This document shows positions 48,172 to 61,314 of a stretch of 64,000 nucleotides of DNA, in pieces. The stretch is from Setoptus koraiensis (Eukaryota; Animalia; Arthropoda): the NCBI GenBank assembly GCA_048013815.1, contig CM106586.1:10168001-10232000 (forward strand), written 5' to 3'. The position numbers and the translations under genes are program-made. The notes under the pieces were generated by a model. The model saw nothing but the letters and a program-made list of their open reading frames with translations. It had not been told where the DNA came from and made no database searches. The stretch's first letter is position 1. Each line of letters begins with the position of its first letter.

Positions 48172-50040
48172 ATGGATTTGTCATTCTCTGGCGCCGGCTT
48201 CATGGGTAAGTTATCTGCACACAATTGCATCATCTCACAACCAACTATATCAATGCTCACTATGAGTTTTGTCCATAGACCTTATTCAATACTTTCATTA
48301 TTTCAGCTCATAAAAACAAATATTAACATTACGAAACTTACTTTCCTATCTCACAAACAGGTTGTTACTACTTTGGTGTAGCAGATTGCTTGAAGAAATA
48401 CATACCACGCGACAGAATCAAAAGAGTCGCTGGAACATCAGCGGGCTCCTTGATTGCCGCTTACTACCTGTTGGACCTACCCTTGTCAGATGGCATAAAA
48501 GAGGTCACAATGATGCTCGAGGGTGTCAGGCAGCGTAAATTAGGAGTTTTTGATAGAAATCATCAAATAGTTGACATGTTGCCCGCTATGCTGGACCGAC
48601 TATTCCCGCCCAATGCTCACAAGTTGGTCTCAGGTAGATTGCATGTCTGTACGACGCGTGTGAAAGATATGAAAAAGATTATTGTCAGCGAATTTGAGAC
48701 TAGACAAGATCTTATTGACGTAAGTACTGTAACAATTACCACTATCGATCGATATACACTCAAACAAGCTAATAACTAATCAAATATTATTCATTATGAT
48801 GATTCCTTGAAAAAATACCCAACTTTAGGCTCTGAATTGCAGCAGCTTCATACCAGTTTGGTCTGGAAATCATTGTGCAACCTACAAGGGTGAAAGACAT
48901 ATGGATGGAATTTTCTCCGATAATTTACCTGTTTTCGATGAGCACACCATCAGAATAAGCTGTTTCTCGGGAGGTTCCGATATTGCACCATTTGATCGTT
49001 CTAAAGTGGAAGTATTGAAGGGTAAATTTGGCGGAATGTCCTTCTATTTCAATTTGGCTAACTTTTCAAGATTGAAACGTGCACTATGGCCCCCAACTCC
49101 ACAATTCACTTTGGACTTGATTGACAGAGGCTTCCACGATACAAAGAATTTCATATTAAGCAATGACTTGATCAAATGTGAATCGTGTTACAAGTCATCA
49201 TTGAGCAATCTTCCCATCCTACCAACAATTACACCAGCAGCTTCACCGAACTTATCACGATCAAATTCTTACAGGAGGCTTTCCGACACCACACCAACTG
49301 GCAAATCTAATGGTGGTTCTAATCAGATATTTTTAAGTCCAATGAATCAAGAACTCATTGCTGTCAAATCGGAGAATGACCTCAACAATAACAACAACCA
49401 AAACAAGGAAAAATGTGCCAAAGAACAAAAGAGTGCCTTGTTAGAGATAAGCAAAAAATTGGAAGTTGAACTAAACAAATTAAGCAACAACAAGCCAACT
49501 GTGCCAAATATTGTCATTACTACAGATTTTAATGACGATACCGACAACCAAACAAAAGATAAAGACTCTGATTCCACCGGCAGCGGAGAAAACTCTAGTG
49601 GAATAGGTGATGGAGATTCGTCACCTACAACAAGTGTAGATAGTGTTGAAGGAATACACTACTCAGGAAGTAAACGCAAGCAAAAATCAAGAAGAAAAAG
49701 TATAAGTAATACATTAAGATCGTTAGCTGGCGGAGCCAGTAACAAAAAAGAGAATCCATTCGATTTAAGCAACAACCTGGTTATGCCTGAAAAATTCACC
49801 GCGGCCTTAAATAGTTGTCCACCATCACCCTGCCTAAGAAGAAGTTGTCCAGATTGTTTAAGGCTGCGCCAAGAGGCTCGCATGGATCATGTGGAAGATC
49901 TCATGAAAGCTGAATTAGAAAAAATTTTCGCCTCAACGACACGAAGTCAGCAAAAACGCAGCGGCAGGATCACAAGATCGATCAAATGGGTTCGCCAACT
50001 GAGGATGACTACAACCTACAAATTGTGCGAGTCTCCTTAG
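48172..50040 (+). CDS. PNPLA2: Patatin-like lipase, PNPLA2/ATGL/brummer-like, join(48172..48205,48361..48719,48829..50040), 534 aa
   Basis: Splicing gives MDLSFSGAGFM|GCYYFGVADCLKKY...GTSAGS...AHKLVSGRLHV...DLID|ALNCSSFIP...MDGIFSDNLP, with canonical GTAAGT donors and AG acceptors in frame. Confidence 0.9.
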
Positions 50041-50265
50041 TGATTATGAGAAATTGTAGATTCATTTTGTTATCAACTTGGATCATAACAATTAGGTGCA
50101 ATAAGTGTAACAACAATATTATTATAATTATGAATACTCAAATCTAGTGATACCAAGCGATAATATATTGAATAAATAAAGAATCTAAAACGTCACTTAC
50201 ATAAGTCAGCGTCATTTTAAGTTAATAATGGTTTAATTTAAATATTTTCAACGAGTAATGTTGGA

Positions 50266-53200
50266 TCAGTAGTCGAATCTTGATCTAAGAAGTTTAGTAG
50301 CAAATGCACTCTTGTCACACTCTTCTTTGGATAATATGAGAAAATGATCTTTTCCTACTAGACAATTATCCATAATTCTGGTAGTACCATCCGTATTCTG
50401 CAGTGTAATCATCTTCCTAGCTCCTTTAGTAGGTACCGAGGTTCGTATTGAGAATAGGTCATTGCAATCAATACCCTTGTTTATTGAAGCGCCATAAACA
50501 TCAACGAAGTCCGAGTTGAGGAGCATCAAGAGAGCCTGACCGTTTTGCAGGTATACGGATTGTATTGAAAAAACTGGTCTGGATTTGATTGTCTGAACCA
50601 GGCTTGCTGAGGGAGGATATTGATCAACGGTATGTATCTCGAATATTTTAGTATATGCATGTACATCATTCAAGCTTGATGTTTCCTCAGCAACAGCGAG
50701 ATATGTCTTGGAAAAGTATACTGGGGAGTCGCGCAAGTCTGAATCATAAATATGTTTGTTAAATTCGATGTCTTTGAAGAAATGAACTGCATTCGGTTTG
50801 TCAACTCTGACATTTGCCAAAGAGATGGATGTCCCATGAACCAAAGAGTATTTAAATATTTGAGCCGAGCCTGCATTAGTTATAATTGCTACAAGGAGAC
50901 TAGTGGAAGAACCCGAGTCAAGTATGATATCGAGCTGAGAAAACAAGAGTATTAAGCAATGAATAATGGTGGAAATGACATACTGGGCGCTTTAAAAATG
51001 AAGAACCCCATAGTTACCTTATATGGACTGTCCACTGGAATTGTTTGATTGCGTTGCACGAAATAATGGCCCGGGCGGTCTTGACAGAAGATATTCATTC
51101 TTCTCGCGGCAACAAACAAGCAGAATTGATCTTCAATTATTGGATGAGCCTTCATATCAGTAGGTAGGCTTGGAATATACAATGTTTGGAATGGATGATA
51201 TCGACTGGTTGTCATATTCCAACTGAAAATTGTAATATGCGTGCTGGGGGAGTCATCTGTCACAAACAAGTATTGGGCCTTTGCGTGAACAATACCTGGG
51301 GATTTGGTGTTCTCTATTACAGAAGTGAGTTGGAATAGACTGGAGTTGAAGTGCTGCCTAGTATGGATTGATAGCCCCTCAGTTATCAAAAATGTTGACT
51401 CCATGAATGTAGTTGCTGCATAAGCAACACCCATATCAGAGTGAATTAGATCATAGTCCAGACCGAATGAGCTGTCTGCAGTTAGTTTGAAATCAATACT
51501 TTTGATGCTAATCAAATCCTTCTCCAGATTCGGCAGCTCCAAAACGCTAGTTGTGTTATACGATATGAAAGATTGAGTTGGTGGCCTAATGAAAGGTTGG
51601 ATTGGAGGGGTCCATTTGAGCGACATAGGTAGTTCCTGAGGTGGCCCAATAGGTGGTAAAGGTTGAATGGGAGGTGGCATCATAGGTGGTAAAGTTTGAA
51701 TGGGAAGTGGCATCATAGGTGGCAAAGTTTGAATGGGAGGTGGCGGAAGAGGTTTCATAGCAAGTGGTCCAATCGGGAGTAAAGGTTGAGGTAAAGGTGG
51801 CCTCACCACCGGCAGAGGTTGAATCTGAGGAGCCATGATGAGTGGTGCATGTTGGATAGGTGGGGGCATACTAGTTGACAAGGGTGCTGGGGGCAAGTCG
51901 CACAACCTTTCAATATCATACAAACTATGTGAAAAGTTTCCATTCACTTTGAAACCATTTCTGAAATGCTTGCGGCCAGTCAGGAGGATCGGACTATTGT
52001 GTTTAATATCTTGCACACCCTCAGAAGATAGGTCAATACCTTGAATCCTTCCTCCAACAACCAGTTCTCTAACTTTGACGTTCATCAGTCTTATAGAACT
52101 ATTTCTACCGTTAATCCGATAGGAACGAGAATGGGGTTCAGTGAGAAAAATAGACTGAGCTAATTGATTGATATTGATGTCATTAATTATTCCACTAGTG
52201 ATCGTCAAATTATTTCTGATAACTAAATCATTGTTGAACTCAATATCAGCCTGAATTACTTGCTCGGTACCTTGAAGCAACCAATTTATTCTTAGGTCCT
52301 CGTCGGTTACGCCATCAAAAGTTTTTTCGAAGTAGAGCTTGTTGAAATATACTCCATTGTCAAATATTTTAGCTCCTGTTATAACTTGTTCTTGATCCTT
52401 CAATACTGCATCGAGATACACTTGGGTCAAATTGATTCCGTTGATACCTCTTCTAGTGAACAAATGATTTCCATTTGGTATGTGTAAAGTGTTGACAATG
52501 AGAGGAGTGTGAACTGTCTGAGGATCTTCGTACGACAGAGTATTATAGAATAGATCAGACATGTTTATGCCATTGATGTAAGATGCATGCATGTTTCCGC
52601 CTATCTCTAGATGATTTTCGATATCTAGATCCTCGAAGAGCAACGAGCCCGTGATAAATTGAGGCCTGATCATGAGGCTACCGTTCAACAGGTATTGATC
52701 TTCATATTTGTGAATGATATCTCGGACGTTGATATCATTAATCTTTTCAACGTATAAATCATCCACGTATAAATCACCAAGTATTTCTCTCCGGCCAGAC
52801 ATGATTTCTGAATAACTCCTCTGCAAGGAGCTTGCTAAAGGTATGACACTCATATTGTTGAACGTATTCAATATATTTAGAGATGACTTCAACTCAAAGC
52901 CGTTGTTCAGGAGTAATTCGCCTGGCACGTATTGATCGGTATTTGTTGTCAGATATGCATTCGTCAAGTTTTGGACGCCATCAATGGACAGACAACGCAA
53001 CGAATGGAATGTGATTGGATGTTCGAAATAAAGATCATTGTATTCAATCGTCTTTTGACTTGTAGCCTGCTTGCAAAGCTTTGAAATATCAACACCATTG
53101 ATAGGTCCATTGATGGTGAAAGGTGCATCTTCTTTCACCTCTATAAGACCATCCAGATGAACGTTAGCGAAACGGTATGGACCTTTGTGCTTAGACCATA

Positions 53201-55757
53201 GATATAACTCAGTGAGGTTCAAATGTCCATTGATGCTGCCTTCAATTAAGGATGGTCCAGCAAGAATCACGTGATGTAACAATTTTTGCCCGGCGATTTC
53301 TTGGTCTCCATTGAGATACATTATTAATGGTTCGAATCTACCTGTTGCAACATTATTAGCAAAAGGTATACCGTTGAGACTTTCATGAACTTGCACATTT
53401 TCGGCATAAACATCATCTTCAAATGTCACAGGATTTTGAATGGTCACATTTTGGTTGCTCATTATGATGTTATCTTTCGAAAATGGGTTCACGCCATTGA
53501 CGGAACCATTAACTAAAATGTTCACCCCTTTAGGAATGAATAAGTCAGATATGTACATCGGAGCCCTAATTACTTGATCGCCATGGTTCATCAAGGTATT
53601 TGCAGCCAGTTCCTCAATATTCACGGAGGATAAATTAGAGCCACGAGTCATCTCTAGCGGACCTTTAATTATTAGACGATCTATTTCAATTGTTGCCAGA
53701 ACTACACTATTTGCATCGGTCAAAATTAGCCCATTCAAGTAGTCACTAACGTTAACACCGTTGAAGGTACCAATTTGAGAAATAGCTTGATGGTGGACTG
53801 GACTATCCAAAGTAAGATTGTTGATAATGATCGGGTTTTCAATATATTGATCTCCTGTAGTTGTCAAAACAGTGGATCTATCTAAGACAAGACCATTCAA
53901 CAATTCAGTTGTAATGTGTGAAGTTGTCATCAGTGACTTGAATCGCTTGTGACCAGTTATTGGTCCATTGGGTTGTCCTGATTTGAAAACTATGTCATTA
54001 ATTCTTATTCCATCGAGTAGACCATTGATTTGTACATCTCCTCGCAATATAAGATGCTCAAACCTTACATCGTGACCTATGGTCATGCTGCGGCCTGAAA
54101 AGAAGGCTTGGCCGGGCAGAGTACTGATATTCTGGCCGTTCAAAAAATTTGCATGTATTTCGCCAACGCGCGGACATAATTCTATTCTTTTGGGACCTGG
54201 AGCATGATACTGCTGCTGACAGTCTAAAACTATAGTGTCGAATTCAAGTCTCGCAGTTATCTCTTGATTTGTGCCGTCATCTACCAGTATATGTTCAACA
54301 ATATTCCGCATATTAACTAATCTGTTCATAGCAGCACCAAGTTCATTGAAAATTAGTTGAGAATCTACAGAAATTTGATGCTGTAGGCTATCCATAGATG
54401 TACCAGAGAATGATTCGACGAACTTAGGTGCAGATAGTAAATGGCTTATTGAGATATCGTTCTCAATGACGAGGTCGCCAAATAGTTCAATCGGTTTTGG
54501 TTGGTCGACACGTGGAACCCGATCAAATAATGCTCGTGTTTGTTCAAATCCGTCCCCTAGTATGGCATTAATGGTGGATTTGCACCAATTCAGAAGATCA
54601 TCTACTTGAGATGATGGCTGACTTGACGATCTTGGAGACTGCATTAGCTGAGCAGGTTGCTGATTGGGCTTCATGATGACGGGTACAGACATAGTAGGCG
54701 TTTGATTAAATCTAATGGCATACTCTGAGAGTAGGTTAGCCATTGTCGGAGGAAGCTGCTGCACCAAGGGGGGCATTTGCTGTTTCGGACGTTGATATAC
54801 ATGGATTTGGAGCCTATTTAGTCCATCAAAGCTGTAACTTACCAACTGGCCATCTATCAATTTGATAATCAACAGCATATTGGTGCTAGGGTGATATGTA
54901 TCGATAGATAATTGAACAGCATTAGGTATTAATTCAAAAGTAATAGGCACAAATTTGTCACCTACATATTTGAGTATATTCAATCCATAAGGTCCACCGT
55001 CCAACTCTCCCAACAGCGCAAGATAATTTTCCGATATGCCAACTCTCTCATCATAAATTATATGAAACGCTAACAGATCAATAGCGTGGCTTGTAATCAA
55101 TTTTTGATGCAATACCCACTTCAATTTTCCATCACCAAAGTCCAACTTGTATATTCTGGAATCTACATTTGCTTGACGAGCACTCATTGGGCTTGTGGAC
55201 ATATATGGATAATAGTGATTGTCATAGGGTTGTATATGGGGATCGGGTGCTCTTCGTATGTCATACATGTTGGTTGATTGTAGGGATACAGCCAAATAGT
55301 CTTGGCCATTGATAGAGAACGGTTCGAAATCTGTTACAATAGTGTCGCGCTCGAGTTCAATCAATTGGTATCTGTCGAAGTAGCTAGAGCGCCACGAATA
55401 AATAGAAATATAAGGTTGCGATCTCTCCGGCTTGGCGTAGGGGACGCCGATAGTTTTACGTGGATTATCGGGCCTGTTAGAGCATACAAGTTGAGTGTTA
55501 TAGTTGAGATCAAGAAGCCAGACCTTGAGCAGATCGACATATTGCGAATTGATGGTGTGGGTCTCGCCAATGTAGGTGCCATTGCTATGTGAAGATATGA
55601 CAGAGGTACCATTGATGCGATCGGGGTCCGCGGCTAGTTTGTGCCAATTGCCGCTGTGATCCTTAAATTGAGCCTCGTTCTGTGAGGACGGTCTGATCCA
55701 TGATGATGCGGCTAGAATAATCAACAACAAGTTGACTAGTGTAGTTGGGGGCTCCAT
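50266..55757 (-). CDS. Large secreted protein with EAR/EPTP-like repeats at both ends and a central array of degenerate NG-containing repeats (Closca/Nasrat/Polehole-like), complement(join(50266..50934,51018..55757)), 1802 aa
   Basis: Signal-peptide-like start MEPPTTLVNLLLIILAASSWIRPSSQ; EAR-like DFEPFSINGQDYLAVS...SRIYKL...HQKL; repeated [ILFV]NG[IV]xIS...DQxIxGxKxF units. An 83-nt phase-0 intron (AAG|GTAACT...TTCTCAG|) joins the two track ORFs. The family name comes from pattern recall only. Confidence 0.65.
51640..51744 (-). repeat. Coding 33-bp tandem repeat x3.2 (PPIQTLPPMMP-type units)
   Basis: Units at 51640-51672, 51673-51705 and 51706-51738. Confidence 0.9.
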
Positions 55758-56472
55758 GGCCAAACGGGTAACAGTGTCAGAGTAATAACAAAAACGGTAA
55801 CAACAACACTGAACAGTGTGAACAATGATGATAATAACAGTTATAATAATAACAAATAACAAGAACAATATTAATTATAACAATCAACAGTAATTAACAA
55901 TTAATTAGGCTGCCACCAACGATGGTGTCGAATGGTGTCACCGGCGAGGCGACCATGCTTTAGAGCGCGTTTAGTTCGTTAACTATATGAGCGTTATTGA
56001 GATCACTAATTCTCAAGCCACAGCGCGGCGCATGAGCACGCGCGTTGGCACAGACCGCTCACGAGCCACCGGACCCGACGAACGAAATAGAGTGAGACAC
56101 ACCGACCACACAATTGGTGGGCGTCTTGTCGCCTTGGTGCACGTGATCAGTCTCGCCAATCAGTATCAGCTGCCGCGGCAGAAGTTAGGTAACGTGTGCG
56201 AGTGTGGGATAAAAAGAGACTAGACACCCGGGGGCTATTGTAGTGCACTGCAGGGTCACAATGGGCGACACATGTTGACACCGAGTTGAGAGCGGAATGG
56301 AGCGCAATTTTCAAACGCCCATTAATTGTGCTGCACTGCATGTACTGTATTGTGATGTGGGTGCGTGGGACAGAAATTAAATAAAGCGAGGGAGTTACAC
56401 TGTGTGACACTGTGTTGAGGGTGAAAGTTGCCTAATTCTTATTATTACGCATGTGTTGCCTCTTGCAAGTTT

Positions 56473-56480
56473 TTCCCACG
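56473..56480 (-). promoter_or_regulatory. Perfect Su(H)/CSL site CGTGGGAA
   Basis: TTCCCACG on the + strand, between the divergent EAR-repeat gene and the klu-like gene; function unproven. Confidence 0.3.
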
Positions 56481-59400
56481 CCACGCAACTCCCCATCAGA
56501 TCATGGCCGCGTTGGCCTGTAGCGCACTGTATGCGTGCCCCGGTACTATGGTGCGTAACTTTCACATGCGAACAGTGCAACACAATGCAGATCAACACGT
56601 GCTTTTGTGCGTACTGTGCGCACCTCTGCCCCACTGCACCCACCTTCTTGTGCCACATTTTGTCACACTGTGCCAGCCGAGAGGCGGGGGGCCACATCAA
56701 ATACTGTACCGATGTTGATGTGGCTCTCTCCCCTCGCCGTCCCCCACGCCGCCGCCGCCGCCCCCCTCCCCGCTCACTCACGGCATTCACTATGCCATGA
56801 GTGAATATTGCGTATCGGAATGAAGCCTTACGTATATATGGTGCGCCATTGTGTGTTATATGTGCGTACCGCGCACGTTATGTCACAATAAGTGAGATGT
56901 GGTGGTTGTTGCATCAGTGTAGCTCTGGTCACCGGTGCCACTCTTACCTGTGTGTGTGACAGAGAAGAAGACAGAGGGGGTGGCCAGGAGGGGGGCTCGG
57001 CACGGGCAGAGCACACAAGGCAGGCGACGTACCGTTCACTTTCTCTCTTTGGCCCAATTTCCACGATACTGATCCTGTCGCACAAACACACACACACACA
57101 CGCACTCACTTTTGTTGCATGGGTTGGAGGAACGGACGCTCGAGTTTAACAGACCGTACACCAAAGTTATAAGACGCTGGTGGTTGTATAATGGCCATCA
57201 AGCGTTGAAAGTGTCGCCGGTGTGTGTGTGTGTGTGCGCGCGCGCTGTTGTTGTTGGCAGCAGCGATTTGCGTAAACTAACAGCAGCAGCAGCAGATGAA
57301 AGTATCAGTGGGAAAGTAATAATAACTGCTAAGAATAGATTGCTCACCGCTGCTTCTGCCGTCCACCGTACCAAAACCATTCTCATAGCTCTTGCATAAG
57401 ATGATGATGAGCTAACAGCAACGCAAACTGATGCAACAAATGAAAGTAACATATTTCACGTAACGACATCGAATGGTCGCACACACACACACAAACACAC
57501 TGAGTGAAAGTTCTGTCGGTCCGTTCTGTTACAGTTGCTGCTACCGGCGCAACGCAACACAAGGCGACGCAACGCAACCCAACGGAAGTAGTTGTCGCTC
57601 TAAGGTACTGGTGCACCCTCACTGCAACACTAATCAAAATGTGCGCCCGCCACTGCAACTGTTCACGTAACAACCAAAAGTGACCGGAAGGAGGGGAGGC
57701 ACCCCTCGGTCTCTATTCTGGGCCTGCGCTCTCAAGGTGGCATATGTGTTAGTGTGTGAACTTTTCTCCTCTGCCTTCTCCTTGTGCCCGCTTTCTTCTT
57801 CTTGTATCTGCTTTCTTCTTGAATTACTTGCACTTACCGCGCAGTTGCTGCGCGACTTCGCGTTCCCATCTTCGCCCATCCGTTCTTTTGCGCCCCGTTT
57901 GGCGTGTTACGGGATCGCGCCACCAGTGATGTTACGCAGCGGCGTATTTTGTGGCGCAACATGTTGCATGCGCATTCCTGCGCGGCGACATTCGTTGCAC
58001 AACGGCGCGTACATGTTGCACGGTAAATACATAAGCATATATACATATAAATATATACCGATATATACCGATATATGCATATGAATATGTACCGATATAA
58101 GCATATAACTGCCGATTTTTATAAATGTGTACCGGCCATGTACCGGTGCAGGGCTGTTTGTTTGTAACAGTCGCCAGGGCCTTGCATCTGGCTAAAGCAG
58201 CGGTACAATATTGCGCGGACTGGCGCACAAGTTGGCACTTTGGCGCGCGCGATCGCCAGTGCGAGCTCCGGGCGAGGGGTGGTTGCGTTGTCTCGACCGG
58301 CGGCGAATTGGTTCGATTAACCACCGATCGAATCATCTTGTGTATCGGCGCGCACACACACCGACTTTACGGCGTAAAGTTTACAGTGAGACGAGTTGAG
58401 CGCATCTCGCTTGCGCATGAGACTTGGCTGCCGCCTTGCAAACTCACAGTGTGAGTTTGCAGCACACACACACACACACACACACTGGAACGAGTGCACA
58501 AGCGGGCGAGTTTACGCACGCACAAACAAGTTCAACAGTTCGTCGTCTAGGATTTTCGCTCTCTATAGCAGCACTCGACAATATATTGCGAGACACAGAC
58601 AGAGCAAAGATTCAAATTTGTTCGACGGCGAACGAGCGCTCGCTGCTAATCATTTTTAATTTGTGTCTCACACTGGCAGCAGCAGCAGCGCGATAGTCAC
58701 TATCGGATAGTGCGGCAACAAGTAGCATTGCAGCAACAAGTACCATTACCACTATTGTAATCATTATCTTCGCCAGCCAGCCAGCAACGGTAGAATACAT
58801 GTCATTAGAGCGACAATTACAATAGTGCCAGCAACACACACGGGAATACGCGAAACACACACACACGAGACAACAACAACTGCCTGTACGTTCGTCATAA
58901 TCAATATAGTTATCGATTTCAACTTGATACTATTATTGCCATTAGTGTTAGTTGCAGTCGCACACGTTCCAGCGCCGCTTACGCTCGTCAGGCAACACAA
59001 TTGTGTCTGCCATCAGCTCACTGTGTCGAACTTTTTCACCATGCGCTCATATTTATAACAGACTACGCTATTTTGTGTGTTAGCGACAAACTCTCAACTT
59101 GAGAGTCTCAAGAGAAACAACCAACTAACAGCAGCATCAATATTGTCAGAGATTCGCCGTCAACTCAACTTTTTACTCCCACTTAGCCCTGTTATCGTGG
59201 GCAACTCGCAACATTCAACAAGTCAGCCGATTAATAGGCTGCCCTCGACCGAGCTGATTATTTTGCGCAAGTGATTCTCTGTGTAGTCGCAAGCTGGCAT
59301 TCGAGCAGCACACACACACCAACGAAGACATTCCATTTTTTGCGTCTGTATCATATAGATTCGTCATATAGAATCATTCGGCAACGCACACACACACACA

Positions 59401-59584
59401 CACACAATTGCCACACGGCCCATCGAATTTGAACGCATCTCGCGCCATCGGGCGTGCAACACGCACACACGCTCAAAAGAACAAACACGTACCAGTATCG
59501 CTCAATCTGATTCGACGCACAACGCACCATATTCGCACACCGTCGATCGAACTTTGGCCAGCCACTCGCAACATTCTCGTCACG

Positions 59585-59670
59585 TCGGACACCCACAATC
59601 GAACACTCGCAGTCGGACGCTCACAATTGGACGCTTACAGTCGGACGCTCACTATCGGACGCTCACAATC
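59585..59670 (+). repeat. 14-bp minisatellite x6 (consensus TCGGACGCTCACAA) just upstream of the klu-like ATG
   Basis: Units start at 59585, 59599, 59613, 59627, 59641 and 59655. Confidence 0.9.
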
Positions 59671-59714
59671 AAACAGCCAATAGCAATTAGGTAATCGTCA
59701 GGCCGAGCGGATAA

Positions 59715-61314
<1,600 letters not shown>

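Noticed and set aside
55758-55868. Track N-terminal extension of the EAR-repeat ORF (also the extensions of PDRG1, twinfilin and SLC17)
   Set aside because: Non-ATG starts used by a prokaryote-style ORF caller; the first in-frame ATGs give better N-termini.
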